NCBI GenBank assembly: GCA_020072965.1 | Contig: JAIQFY010000011.1 | Coordinates: 14,925-78,924, forward strand | Reading direction: 5' to 3' | Source of the DNA: Terriglobia bacterium | Lineage (GTDB): Bacteria > Acidobacteriota > Terriglobia > JAIQFV01 | Length of the DNA: 64,000 bases | Shown here: in pieces, positions 10,511 through 20,229 of the stretch | Layout of the letters: each line of letters opens with the position of its first letter | Position numbering within the stretch: position 1 is the stretch's first letter | Notes under the pieces: model-generated | Database searches by the model: none | Seen by the model: only the letters and a program-made list of their open reading frames with translations | Told to the model about the DNA's origin: nothing | Program-made: the position numbers and the translations under genes

Positions 10511-11467
10511 ATGAAACTGAGAATCCTGCATCACGACAACTGTTTTGATGGTGCCTCCTCGGCGGCGTTGTTCAGTCGTTTTTACCGCGAGATGGTCAAT
10601 CCTCAGGCGGAGATTTGTTACACGGGGTTGACTCATAAATCGGAAAAACAGTTCAACGAATGCCTGTTTGACGGCGATGAAAATGTCATTGTGGATTTCA
10701 AATACTCTCCCTCGCCCCGCCTCACCTGGTGGTTCGACCACCACAAGAGCGCCTTTCTCACCAAGGAGGATGAGGACCATTTCCGCCAGGATCAAAGCGG
10801 GAAGAAATTTGTCAATCCCGAATTTAAGTCATGCACCAAGTTCATCGCGACGACGCTGGCAGAAAGGTTCAATTTCAAGGTCAACGGGCTTTCGGAGTTG
10901 ATTTACTGGGCCGATATCATTGATGGGGCCCAGTATCCGGATGCTCGATCAGCCGTGGAGATGAAGGAGTCGGCGATGAGGTTGACGCTGCTGATTGAAT
11001 CCAACCGCGAACCGGGACTCCTGCAGCAGATCATCCGTGAACTTGCGGTCCGGCCCCTGGCCGATCTGGCGTCGGAGTATTGCACCGGCGAGCGGTTCAA
11101 AAAGCTTTGGGCGCAGCATGAGCGGGCGATTCGATTGATCAACGAGCGGGCCATCACTGACCGGGGTGTCGTGTTCTTCGATCTCAGCGACGTGGACGTG
11201 GAAGGATATAACAAGTTCATCCCCTACTTTCTCCATCCGGAGTGCGTGTATACCGTCAGTGTGCTCTCGACTCCCATGCGGGCCAAGGTTTCGGTCGGCT
11301 CGAACCCGTGGAACCAGTCGAGGCGCACCCATAATCTCGCCGAAATCTGTGAACGCTATGGCGGCGGTGGTCATGCGCAGGTTGCTGCCATTTCCTTCCC
11401 TACCTGTGATCTCGAGAGCGCCAAGAAAGCCGCACGACAAATTGTTGAAGAACTTCAAGACGCGTAG
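10511..11467 (+). CDS. DHH/DHHA1 family phosphoesterase (NrnA/RecJ-like domain)
   Basis: HHDNCFDGASSA (motif I), WFDHH (DHH motif) and GGGGHAQVAA (DHHA1 GGGH). Confidence 0.75.
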   Translation: MKLRILHHDNCFDGASSAALFSRFYREMVNPQAEICYTGLTHKSEKQFNECLFDGDENVIVDFKYSPSPRLTWWFDHHKSAFLTKEDEDHFRQDQSGKKFVNPEFKSCTKFIATTLAERFNFKVNGLSELIYWADIIDGAQYPDARSAVEMKESAMRLTLLIESNREPGLLQQIIRELAVRPLADLASEYCTGERFKKLWAQHERAIRLINERAITDRGVVFFDLSDVDVEGYNKFIPYFLHPECVYTVSVLSTPMRAKVSVGSNPWNQSRRTHNLAEICERYGGGGHAQVAAISFPTCDLESAKKAARQIVEELQDA

Positions 11468-11488
11468 TTTCTCCCAGCTTTCCATCTT

Positions 11489-11509
11489 AACGACTGAAGT
11501 CGTTACTAC
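11489..11509. repeat. Third copy of the 21-nt palindromic motif (AACGACTGAAGTCGTTACTAC)
   Basis: Differs by 1 nt from copy 1 (10419-10440). Lies 22 bp downstream of the DHH gene stop. Confidence 0.7.
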
Positions 11510-11599
11510 GGCAATCAAGGGAAAAATCATGTCGGCTGTGTCCTGATGTGATATTGTTTCATCTTCAAAAAGGACGTTCGAGAAGGGAATCCATCGCCG

Positions 11600-12052
11600 A
11601 TGAGCGTTCAGCGCAGGCAACCCGGACGGCGGTTTCATTTTCATACTTCACTGCAGGTCCGGTTTCGGGATGTCGATGTCAAGGGCCATGTCAACCATGC
11701 CGTATATTTTTCTTATTTTGAAATGGCCCGATGTGAATACTGGATGTCGTTATTTTCATTGGCGCACTTGAGCGACATTGACTTTATCGTGGTGCATGCC
11801 GAATGCAATTATCTCCAGCCGGCCCAATATGCCGAATGGCTGGAAGTTTATGTGGCCGTCACCGGAATCCGGAACTCGAGCTTTGTGATGGAGTATGAGG
11901 CGAGGTCGCGTCGGCCCCGCCGGGTCGTGGCAACGGGCTCGACCATCCAGGTGATTTATGATTACTCCGGGGATCAAACGAAAAGGGTTCCATTGTCGGT
12001 GCGCCGAAAAATCGAGAGGTTTGAGAAGCGCCCGTTGTCGACGGCTCTATAG
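11600..12052 (+). CDS. Acyl-CoA thioesterase, 4HBT/hotdog fold (YbgC-like)
   Basis: VRFRDVDVKGHVNHAVYFSYFEMAR matches the hotdog thioesterase N-terminal catalytic region. Confidence 0.7.
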   Translation: MSVQRRQPGRRFHFHTSLQVRFRDVDVKGHVNHAVYFSYFEMARCEYWMSLFSLAHLSDIDFIVVHAECNYLQPAQYAEWLEVYVAVTGIRNSSFVMEYEARSRRPRRVVATGSTIQVIYDYSGDQTKRVPLSVRRKIERFEKRPLSTAL

Positions 12053-12073
12053 GCTTCGCGGCGTTAATTCCAG

Positions 12074-13345
12074 ATGGGAGTTCCTGTGGTCAGACGTGTC
12101 GTCATTACCGGGATTGGGGCGGTGAGCCCCAATGGGATGGGCCGCGAAACCTTTTGGGACAATACCCGGAAGGGCGTCAGCGGAGTGGATACGATTTCGC
12201 TTTTTGATTCGTCTCACCTCTCAGCGCGTATTGCCGGGGAAGTGAAGAATCTTGACGGGGACGGCTTCGTCAAATACAAGGACCGCCCTCATGTGTCGCG
12301 CGTGGTACCCATGGCATTGGCTGCGTCCGACGAGGCGCTCCGCGATGCGGATTTAAATGTCGATTCCATGGCCAAGGAGGAGAAGCAGCAGATCGGTGTC
12401 ATGCTCGGGACAGGCGGAGGGTCGGTTGAATTTACAGAGGAGATGTACCGGCTCTATTATACCGGCCAATCCAAAAGGGTCTCTGTGTATACAATTCCCT
12501 CTTCCACTATCGGCACCCTGGCCAGTGAGATATCCATGCGCTTCGGCCTCCGGGGTCTGAGCCACGTCGTCTCGACAGGATGCACCTCCTCCACCGATGC
12601 CCTTGGGCATGCCGCACTCATGATTCGCTCCGGAATGATTGACCGGTTTCTCGTCGGCGGCGCCGATGCGCCTATTGCCCCCCTGATTATGGGGGCCTTC
12701 TGCCTCATGCGGATTCTTACCTCCTCCTGGAACCACGACCCCAAGCGCGCTTCGCGTCCATTTTCACAAAGCCGCGACGGGTTTGTGCTGGGTGAAGGGG
12801 CGTGGATGTTCGTTCTCGAGGAACTTCAACTGGCACGTGCACGCGGCGCCCGGATTTATGGCGAAGTGGCCGGATACGGCTCCACCTGCGACGCCTACCA
12901 TCGCGTCCGTATGGATGAGAGCGGCGAAGAGCCTGCCCGCGCTATGAGTCTCGCGCTGAAGGAAGCCCACTTGACAACCCGGGAGGTCGATTACATTAAC
13001 CTCCATGGAACCTCCACGCTGCTCAATGACCGCATTGAAACCCGGGCGGTCAAACTGTGCTTCGGCGACAGAGCGTCGACGTTGCCCGGATCTTCGCTGA
13101 AATCCATGATTGGGCACCCCCAGGGTGCCTGTGGGGCGGCCGGCGTAGCTGCTTCTCTGCTGGCCATGCGCGACGATGTCCTGCCTCCCACGATTAACCT
13201 GGATGACCCCGATTCAGAATGCGATCTCGACTATATTCCTGACGTCGGACGGCGAAAGGAGATCAATGTGGCGCTCTGTAATTGCATCGCATTCGGATCC
13301 AAGAATTCAGCGCTCGTTCTGAAGCGAGTGAATGGGAAAAATTAG
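12074..13345 (+). CDS. Beta-ketoacyl-ACP synthase (KAS I/II, FabF-like)
   Basis: ITGIGAVSPNG; active-site Cys in GCTSS; His in NLHGTST; KSMIGHPQGACGAAG. Confidence 0.85.
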   Translation: MGVPVVRRVVITGIGAVSPNGMGRETFWDNTRKGVSGVDTISLFDSSHLSARIAGEVKNLDGDGFVKYKDRPHVSRVVPMALAASDEALRDADLNVDSMAKEEKQQIGVMLGTGGGSVEFTEEMYRLYYTGQSKRVSVYTIPSSTIGTLASEISMRFGLRGLSHVVSTGCTSSTDALGHAALMIRSGMIDRFLVGGADAPIAPLIMGAFCLMRILTSSWNHDPKRASRPFSQSRDGFVLGEGAWMFVLEELQLARARGARIYGEVAGYGSTCDAYHRVRMDESGEEPARAMSLALKEAHLTTREVDYINLHGTSTLLNDRIETRAVKLCFGDRASTLPGSSLKSMIGHPQGACGAAGVAASLLAMRDDVLPPTINLDDPDSECDLDYIPDVGRRKEINVALCNCIAFGSKNSALVLKRVNGKN

Positions 13346-13399
13346 AACATTTGGGGCAAACACCTTACCCTTATAAATTTCGAACAGGTTAAGAGTACG

Positions 13400-14149
13400 G
13401 TGTCGGTCCCTTCATTGATTAGATTCCCCAAAGGCTCACTTATGTCACTCCGGCGACCCGACCGAATCCGCCAGGAGGAGCTCCTTGATTCCGGTGCGGG
13501 CTCCCCCGAGGAGATTGCCGCCAGCCTTCGCGATCTCCGCCGGATTAATCGATACCTGGGCGGTCACCGCGTCAGCCTGATTCCGATACGGGAACTGGTG
13601 CGGAGCCTCTCCCTCAAGCAGTTTTCGCTTCTGGATGTCGCCACAGGAGGCGCCGACCTTCCCGTGGCAGCCGCCCGGTGGGCACAACGCATTGCCTTGC
13701 CTTGTCGCGTGGTGGGCCTGGATATCAGCTCACGACACCTGGCTTTTGCCCGCGAGAGCATTCAGCAATTTCCGGGAATCCGGTTGGTTCGAGGCGACAT
13801 CGATCACCTGCCGTTTGCCCCCTCCAGTTTTGATTTTGTGAATACCTCGTTGTTCTTGCATCACGTCGCGGACGCTGAGGTCGCGCCATTTCTAAAGACC
13901 CTGACCTCACTGGCCAGAGTGGCCGTCATCATCAACGATCTTCAACGCCACTGGGTCCCATATTTTTTCCTGAAACTGACCCAGCCTGTTTTCGCTCGAA
14001 GCCGCATCACGCAGTTTGATGGCTTTGCTTCGCTGCGCCAGGGCTTTACGCCCGGTGAAATGAGAGCCCTGGCCGAGAACACGGGGATCGCGAACATTTC
14101 GGTGACCCGTCGTTTCCCTTACCGCTTGGCGATGGTGATACCCAAATGA
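13400..14149 (+). CDS. Class I SAM-dependent methyltransferase
   Basis: LLDVATGGADL (motif I), VVGLDIS, SFDFVNTSLFLHH. Confidence 0.75.
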   Translation: MSVPSLIRFPKGSLMSLRRPDRIRQEELLDSGAGSPEEIAASLRDLRRINRYLGGHRVSLIPIRELVRSLSLKQFSLLDVATGGADLPVAAARWAQRIALPCRVVGLDISSRHLAFARESIQQFPGIRLVRGDIDHLPFAPSSFDFVNTSLFLHHVADAEVAPFLKTLTSLARVAVIINDLQRHWVPYFFLKLTQPVFARSRITQFDGFASLRQGFTPGEMRALAENTGIANISVTRRFPYRLAMVIPK

Positions 14150-14191
14150 TGGACCCCGCAGCAAGGAAGGGGGACCCGTTCTCCCGTCCCA

Positions 14192-15418
14192 ATGAGCTTG
14201 TTTCTGAACAACACCGGCAGCCAAGGAACCCTGAGGATGAACACTCCATTTGATGTCATCATTGTGGGCGCGGGTCCGGCGGGTAGTTCTGCGGCGATTG
14301 CTCTTGCCTCTCGGGGCTGGCATGTAGCCTTAATGGAAAAGCAGACCTTCCCCCGCGACAAGCTCTGCGGCGAGTTTATTTCCCCCGAGGGGATCAGTGA
14401 CTTTGCAAGACTCGGGGTCCTCCCTGCCCTATTGAAGAAGGAACCTGCCCCCGTCCACAGGGTGAGGGTAACCCTCTCTGCCGATCATCAAGTTCGGATC
14501 GAACTGCCGGAATTCGGATGGGGACTCAGCCGCTATGCCCTGGATCAGGTCCTTTTTGAGCATGCAAGGGCTCTGGGAGTGGAATGCCATGAGAATTCTC
14601 CCGTCCACACGATCAAGGGAGATCTCGAACGAGGATTTCGCGTAGAGGTCGGCCCTCAGAGTAGCTCACGAGTAGTTCTCAAGGCGAAAACGGTGATCGC
14701 AGCAACAGGCCGATGGTCCAATGTTCCTCGCGACCCGCTCCATGCTGTGCATGGACGGAAGCGGTTGAAGCGGTTTGTAGGGATCAAGGCCCATTTTCAG
14801 GGTGAGCCCAATCTGGATGATGCCGTCGAACTACACTTTTTCCAGGCGGGATATTGCGGCTTAAATCGTATTGAGGGCGGCGAGATCAATCTGTGCGCCC
14901 TGGTTGAGGAGGAATTTGCAACCCGATTTGCCAGAAGCTGGGAGGCCTTGATTGAGGCGGCCGCGGGACAGAATCCTCATCTCGATAATCGTATTCGAGC
15001 CATGAGACGGTCTTCAGAATTTCTCGTGACAAGCCCGGTCATCTTTCAAAAACGGGAGAGAATTCTCCGCGACATCTTCATGGTAGGTGATGCCGCAGGC
15101 TTCCTCGACCCGTTCAGCGGCGACGGGATTTCGACGGCTGTTCGATCCGCTACTCTGGCCTCCCGGTGCATCGACGACGTGATGCGGGGAAACGTCTCCA
15201 ATGAACGAACAATGAAAAATTACGACCGGGCTTACCAGTCAGAATTCGGACGAAGATTCTTATTTTCCCGGATCATCCGCAACGCGCTGTCCTTAGGCGG
15301 CATCCCGCCGGCTTTTTCTCGCCTTCAGGCGAGGATTCCGGCCCTGGGCAAATGGGTGGTAAGACAAACCAGGGGAGAGGTGTCGGGTGCCGGGTGTCAG
15401 GTGTCGAGAGAAAGATAG
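14192..15418 (+). CDS. FAD-dependent oxidoreductase, geranylgeranyl-reductase/halogenase-like family
   Basis: FDVIIVGAGPAGSSAA Rossmann FAD motif and GDAAGFLDPFSGDGI. Alternative start at 14237. Confidence 0.75.
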   Translation: MSLFLNNTGSQGTLRMNTPFDVIIVGAGPAGSSAAIALASRGWHVALMEKQTFPRDKLCGEFISPEGISDFARLGVLPALLKKEPAPVHRVRVTLSADHQVRIELPEFGWGLSRYALDQVLFEHARALGVECHENSPVHTIKGDLERGFRVEVGPQSSSRVVLKAKTVIAATGRWSNVPRDPLHAVHGRKRLKRFVGIKAHFQGEPNLDDAVELHFFQAGYCGLNRIEGGEINLCALVEEEFATRFARSWEALIEAAAGQNPHLDNRIRAMRRSSEFLVTSPVIFQKRERILRDIFMVGDAAGFLDPFSGDGISTAVRSATLASRCIDDVMRGNVSNERTMKNYDRAYQSEFGRRFLFSRIIRNALSLGGIPPAFSRLQARIPALGKWVVRQTRGEVSGAGCQVSRER

Positions 15419-15455
15419 TTCTCAGTTGTCAGTTCTCAGTTGTCAGTGATCGGAA
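15418..15455. repeat. Short tandem repeat (TTCTCAGTTGTCAG x2) after a GT-rich GTGTCGGGTGCCGGGTGTCAGGTGTCG run
   Basis: Read directly from the sequence at the 3' end of the FAD oxidoreductase gene. Confidence 0.5.
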
Positions 15456-15573
15456 ACGAGAAGTGAGATTTAGAAGCACATAATCCGCCGGCATTGACGC
15501 CTTCCTTTAATCTCCAAGGTTTCAGTTCGGAACGGAGTCAAAACCCCGGATTATTGAATCCAAAGGGTTGGCC

Positions 15574-15831
15574 TCAGGATTCCGTCAGGTTGTTTTCCGG
15601 TTCGTAGAGTCGGAGGCTGCCATCGGCGGTATCAAAGGCGGCATGCGTGGTGTGTCCCTCGGCGCACCGGTAAATCGCGTAACTCGAAGTCCCGAGGATA
15701 ATCTTCCCCGCCGGATCAACCGAGGCTCCCTCGCCGAACTGTTCGGTGAGCTTCGCCGTCGACATGCAGACTCGACAGCCAATTTTCTCCGGAATCCGGG
15801 GACGATCGTCATCCAGTTCAGGATTTGACAT
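15574..15831 (-). CDS. Hypothetical small zinc-ribbon-like protein
   Basis: CRVC...C..GH pattern. Intergenic placement. Weak. Confidence 0.3.
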   Translation of the reverse strand: MSNPELDDDRPRIPEKIGCRVCMSTAKLTEQFGEGASVDPAGKIILGTSSYAIYRCAEGHTTHAAFDTADGSLRLYEPENNLTES

Positions 15832-16012
15832 GAATCGCTTGATGCCTCCTTGAAAATCGCTCTTTGTTCACCTGCCATCGGCCCCCTACCCGGGATAGCG
15901 GCACACCGAAATCATTATGCTGTTCTGCGGGACCTGCCCGCCTGGGGAATCGTTGCCGTCCGAACAATTTTACGCTATAGTCTCGGCGCTCCAAACAAGT
16001 GTCTAGAGGGCG

Positions 16013-16468
16013 ATGTCGGCTTTGACGCCGATGGACAGGCAAAATGACGCTGACCAAGAGATTCTAAAAGCATCGACGGAGTTGTTCATGGACAAGAAGG
16101 TGGAGCAACAGTTGGAGAAGCTGATTGCGGGGTTTTGCGATTATGAAATGATCTTCTACCCCCGGTCGGCGCTCGATGGTCAAAGAGCCATTTTGGAGTT
16201 CCACTTTGAGGGAATTACCGAGCAGACGCAAAAAATGGAACGCCTGATCATCGTGCGCAAGGGCAAGGCAATGGAGATCGAAATCGCCAAGAGTTCAGAA
16301 ATGAAATATGAATACGGCGATTTCCGCCACCAGGTTGAAGAGGGCGAGCCTATCCGGAACCGTTTGCGGGGGGATGAAGAAGTGATCCTCATCGTGCGCT
16401 CAGAGTTTTCGACCAAGCCCAAGGGTCCGCATATTTCAACAAAGGTCATTGAAGTCTACGAACATTGA
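16013..16468 (+). CDS. Hypothetical protein
   Basis: 151-aa ORF with no recognisable motifs. Divergent from the zinc-ribbon ORF. Confidence 0.35.
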   Translation: MSALTPMDRQNDADQEILKASTELFMDKKVEQQLEKLIAGFCDYEMIFYPRSALDGQRAILEFHFEGITEQTQKMERLIIVRKGKAMEIEIAKSSEMKYEYGDFRHQVEEGEPIRNRLRGDEEVILIVRSEFSTKPKGPHISTKVIEVYEH

Positions 16469-16631
16469 TTAAAAAAGAAGTGAACATTAAAAAGTGGCCA
16501 CTGAATCGTCAGAGACCGCCTTGGCAGAGCTCCCTGTCTATCTCGCAACTTGTCACTGTTTACTCTTTGCGGCTCTTCGGTTCACTGGGCCCTCCCCGCT
16601 TGTAACTCCCACTTCAACTCCCCTCGCCGGT

Positions 16632-19600
16632 TCATGAGAATGGAACTATCACGATGTTCCCGTTCGGGCCAAAGAAGGTAATACCCACCGTTTCTCCGCT
16701 ATTCGATGTGTTGATCAGAATAATTTGAGTTGTGAAGCCGCCACCGTCGACCACCTGGGGGATAAAGAGCGGGCCAATCGGCGGATTATTGAGATCAGCC
16801 ACAGGCAAAGTCGAGTAGATTTCTTCACCGCGCTCATTATGCGTCAGGCGCAACGTTATCAAAGCGAGCGGCTGGTTGCTTTGAATGGTCAGTACTCCTT
16901 TAAATTCTGATGGAATCGAGACCGATGAGAAAAGTTGTTCAATGAACGCCGCGAGGTGGATGTTCGGATCAACATTTATGCTTGTCGTCCGGTCAAACGA
17001 GCCGTCCAGGCTAACGAGGTGGAGGGTTACGCTGGCCGATGAAGCATTTCGATTGACCAGCGCAATTCCGGTATTGCGGTCCAGTGGCACAGAAGACCGT
17101 TCGATGTAAACGCGGGCGTTGGTCGTCGGAATTGCATTTAAGACTCCAGCCTGTGAGGATTGGCCGGTAGCGCCCTTTCCTGCAAAGATCACTGCCCCCG
17201 CAGGAAGCTGCCCGGATGTAGGCGTCACCACGGCATAGGCTACCTTCAGCCCTCCCTGCCCTGTCGTCGAAAACTTCTGCATGCCATTGGCGCTTATTGA
17301 ATAGAATAAGGAACTGACCGGTCCGCTGCCAAAATCCAGCAAGATAGGAGTTCCGGCATCCCTGAAAAGCGATATAGTTCCGGCAATGGTTGATCCGGAG
17401 GTGTTCATCAGCAAGATCTGAGTTGGATTCCCGTTTCCATCCAGGATTTGAGAGAAGATCAGGTTTGAGCCAACAGGAGTGACCGTGGGATCGACCACAG
17501 GCAAGGCACTGAAAATCGATTCAGGGGGATGGTCATTGGGGGCGGAGCGTAAGTTGACCGCAGCAAAAGGAGCTGATGCAGTAAAGGTCAGGGTCCCCAG
17601 AAATGAACTGCCCAAAGCTGAACAACCGAACTGACTGGCAAATTGAGCAACCTTTCCCAAGGGTGGAACTGTTACAGCCGGACATGAACTGGACACGCCA
17701 TTTTGATCTCTCAGCGTCAAATTGACTGTCAATGCAGTATTGCCCGGGTTCACCAGTGCAACGCCGCTATCGCGGCCGTTCGCCGCATCGAAGTCCACGA
17801 ACACCCTCGATGAGGTCGCGGGGGCAACCGCCGGCACGCCGGCTTCAGTAATGAGGGCTCCGCTTTGTCTCTGTGCAAAAATCGCCAAACCGACGGGTGG
17901 AGGACCTGCCGGGTTCGTCACCTGACCGTAAGTGACCGAGGCGAACTGTCCCTGCCCGGAGGAGATTTTCGAAACGCCACCACTCGCCGGGAGTTGGGCG
18001 CTGAAAACAGAAGAAACCAGGGTGGTGTCGACACTGCCCCGTCCGTTGGTTGCAGTTGAAAAAAATGACTGCCAGGCCTGGCGTATCGTATCAATCTTGG
18101 CAAGGTCCGCCGCGGAAGGCGTCGTGTTCCTTTGCACCAGCAAGATCCATGCTTGCCGAAATGCTTTTTGCGACGTAGCCGGGGTGGGCGTTCGAACGCC
18201 ATTCGGCCTGGTACCGCCACCAGGAAGCGGGACGCTCGCCGTAATGATGTCGTTAACGGTAACAGTGTGTTTAGTCCCACCGAAAGTAATACGAATGGCG
18301 GGCGGGGACCCGTTGGCTCGACCTCCGGCCCCTGTAGGATTAAACACGGCAAATGTGGGGGAGATTTCCGACTGGTCTTTAAGACCCATCAGATATTGAT
18401 CGAGATCGCTGTATTTCGAAGTGGCATCGTCTTTTGTTGTGAAGGTCCCGTTACCATTGTCCTGAATGTCGTTCCCTTCCATAACCGATCCGTCCGAATT
18501 GAAAAAGAAACTCCAGTGAGCGCAATCGCGCCCCAGGATTGTGTTTACAAAAGTCTGCGGACTCGTCGTCGGATCGCAGATTGCCCCCGGGATGTCAACG
18601 AAAGACATCCAGCGGTGCCCAAATTCCTGCCCGATCACCTCCACGGTGCTGTTCGTCCCCAGGAAAATCTGGTTGGGATCATTGGGATATTGACTGAGCG
18701 GCCCCAGGGTAAGAAAGCTCCGGAGACGTCCTTTCGTCCCCCAAGCCGGGTCGGGCTGGAACACGGGGAGGACCCCCAAGCCGGTAGCGTCATTGCTGAC
18801 ATTTTCTTCAAAGGCGAACGCGCCGGATCCTAAATTGAAATTAAAATTTGTCAGGAATGTAATGAAATCGTAATCGTCACCATGGCTCTGAAAAAATTTC
18901 TGGGCGAGAGCCGTCCTTGAAATCTGCGTAGAGGTCGAGAAGAATTCGAAGACGACACCGAATTCAGGAGTGGATGTAGTCAACGTCGTGTAATCCACAA
19001 CGGAAGGCGGGCTTCCCAGATTGTTTCCCGGCGCGATCCCCACAACGCCTTCCGATGTTCCCATTCCGTTATAGGAGAACTCTATGGATCCATTCGCAAA
19101 CAAAACGACTTCGAAGGTATTGTGGTTCCGATTGACGTTGGAGCAGAAATCACTGAAATTCGGGATGTCATTCCAAATGGCGATGAACCGATCGCTTCGT
19201 TGGAGCGTCCTGATATCCCCCGTCCCACAACCCGGTTCGAGGTCGGCAAAAAGGGGGCCAATGCGAGGCTGACGGCCCATGAAACGGACGACGTCACGTT
19301 CATCGCTGGTGGAATCGCCGGAACCAAATGTCAAATGGCCATCCGAACCGACAAACACACTCGTGTAAGTTTGGCCAAAGAAAGTAAAAGTGAACCCACC
19401 CGAGAACGAAACCTGCGTGGCGTCGTCATCCGAAAGGTTGGGTCCGGGGGGCTGTCCAGGGGCAGGTGCGGCGGTGCCCGGCACGAGGACCGAACCTGCC
19501 GCCGGATCAAAATTTTGTGCGATTTTATTCACCAAATAGCCCGAGCCGTTTGGCGTGAACCGGATATTGCTGCTATCCAGATCGAAGAGATTCGCGGGAA

Positions 19601-19889
19601 AAACGACGGTTCCATCATCCTCGATGACCGCAATATTTCCTTGATCCGCATTCAGGGTATTCTGTTTCAATGAAAACTTAGGACCCTGTTGGCGATATTT
19701 GAAGTTCTGTGAGTTGCGGGCGGTGTCATTCCAATTCCCCGGATAGGTCCCGTCGACGAATCCGCCTTCCCGCAATCGCTCGGGTGAAACCTGTGGCCGA
19801 TTGGATCGGGCCAAAAGCGAAGTGGGCAGACCCAGAATCGCAAAATAAATTAAGAAGGAAAACACCATTCTTTTGAGTGAAAGCTTCAT
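16632..19889 (-). CDS. Large secreted protein (1085 aa) with an N-terminal beta-sandwich-like domain and C-terminal approx. 95-aa internal repeats
   Basis: Signal peptide MKLSLKRMVFSFLIYFAILGLPTSLLA. Repeated modules ending ..TQILLMNTSGSTIAGTISLF / ..TQIILINTSNSGETVGITFF / ALVNPGNTALTVNLTL / ALVNRNASSASVTLHL. GQEFGHRW is a possible metal site. Confidence 0.7.
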   Translation of the reverse strand: MKLSLKRMVFSFLIYFAILGLPTSLLARSNRPQVSPERLREGGFVDGTYPGNWNDTARNSQNFKYRQQGPKFSLKQNTLNADQGNIAVIEDDGTVVFPANLFDLDSSNIRFTPNGSGYLVNKIAQNFDPAAGSVLVPGTAAPAPGQPPGPNLSDDDATQVSFSGGFTFTFFGQTYTSVFVGSDGHLTFGSGDSTSDERDVVRFMGRQPRIGPLFADLEPGCGTGDIRTLQRSDRFIAIWNDIPNFSDFCSNVNRNHNTFEVVLFANGSIEFSYNGMGTSEGVVGIAPGNNLGSPPSVVDYTTLTTSTPEFGVVFEFFSTSTQISRTALAQKFFQSHGDDYDFITFLTNFNFNLGSGAFAFEENVSNDATGLGVLPVFQPDPAWGTKGRLRSFLTLGPLSQYPNDPNQIFLGTNSTVEVIGQEFGHRWMSFVDIPGAICDPTTSPQTFVNTILGRDCAHWSFFFNSDGSVMEGNDIQDNGNGTFTTKDDATSKYSDLDQYLMGLKDQSEISPTFAVFNPTGAGGRANGSPPAIRITFGGTKHTVTVNDIITASVPLPGGGTRPNGVRTPTPATSQKAFRQAWILLVQRNTTPSAADLAKIDTIRQAWQSFFSTATNGRGSVDTTLVSSVFSAQLPASGGVSKISSGQGQFASVTYGQVTNPAGPPPVGLAIFAQRQSGALITEAGVPAVAPATSSRVFVDFDAANGRDSGVALVNPGNTALTVNLTLRDQNGVSSSCPAVTVPPLGKVAQFASQFGCSALGSSFLGTLTFTASAPFAAVNLRSAPNDHPPESIFSALPVVDPTVTPVGSNLIFSQILDGNGNPTQILLMNTSGSTIAGTISLFRDAGTPILLDFGSGPVSSLFYSISANGMQKFSTTGQGGLKVAYAVVTPTSGQLPAGAVIFAGKGATGQSSQAGVLNAIPTTNARVYIERSSVPLDRNTGIALVNRNASSASVTLHLVSLDGSFDRTTSINVDPNIHLAAFIEQLFSSVSIPSEFKGVLTIQSNQPLALITLRLTHNERGEEIYSTLPVADLNNPPIGPLFIPQVVDGGGFTTQIILINTSNSGETVGITFFGPNGNIVIVPFS

Positions 19890-20085
19890 AACTCTCCTTG
19901 ATTTTCTTTGGTTTACGAAAGGGTTACGGAACTCAACTGATCCCGGATGATAAGAAGTCCTTTAGATGCCACCAACCGGCGATTGGTTTAATCTCGCTCC
20001 CCTCATTGCCGCGGTTATTCGTTGAAGTCCAATTTCGATTCCCGTCTTGTGAATTCACTTTGGCTTTCCAGAAGGTGCTCTTGTT

Positions 20086-20223
20086 GGGACGTACGGCCGT
20101 ACACCTATAAGCTTCCATTTCCTTAAGGTGCCCTCGTAGGGGCGCACAGCCGTGCGCCCAGAGAGGGGTTACACGGGGCATTCGGTTTCCATACCATGTT
20201 AGGGCGCACGGCTGTGCACCCCT
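20086..20223. repeat. Cluster of three REP-like GC-rich hairpins (GGGaCGTACGGCCGTACaCC; GGGGCGCACAGCCGTGCGCCC; GGGCGCACGGCTGTGCACCCC)
   Basis: Imperfect palindromes with 8-bp stems. Copies 2 and 3 are reverse complements of each other. They lie between the ROK gene 3' end and the large secreted gene 5' end. Confidence 0.55.
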
Positions 20224-20229
20224 ACACAG

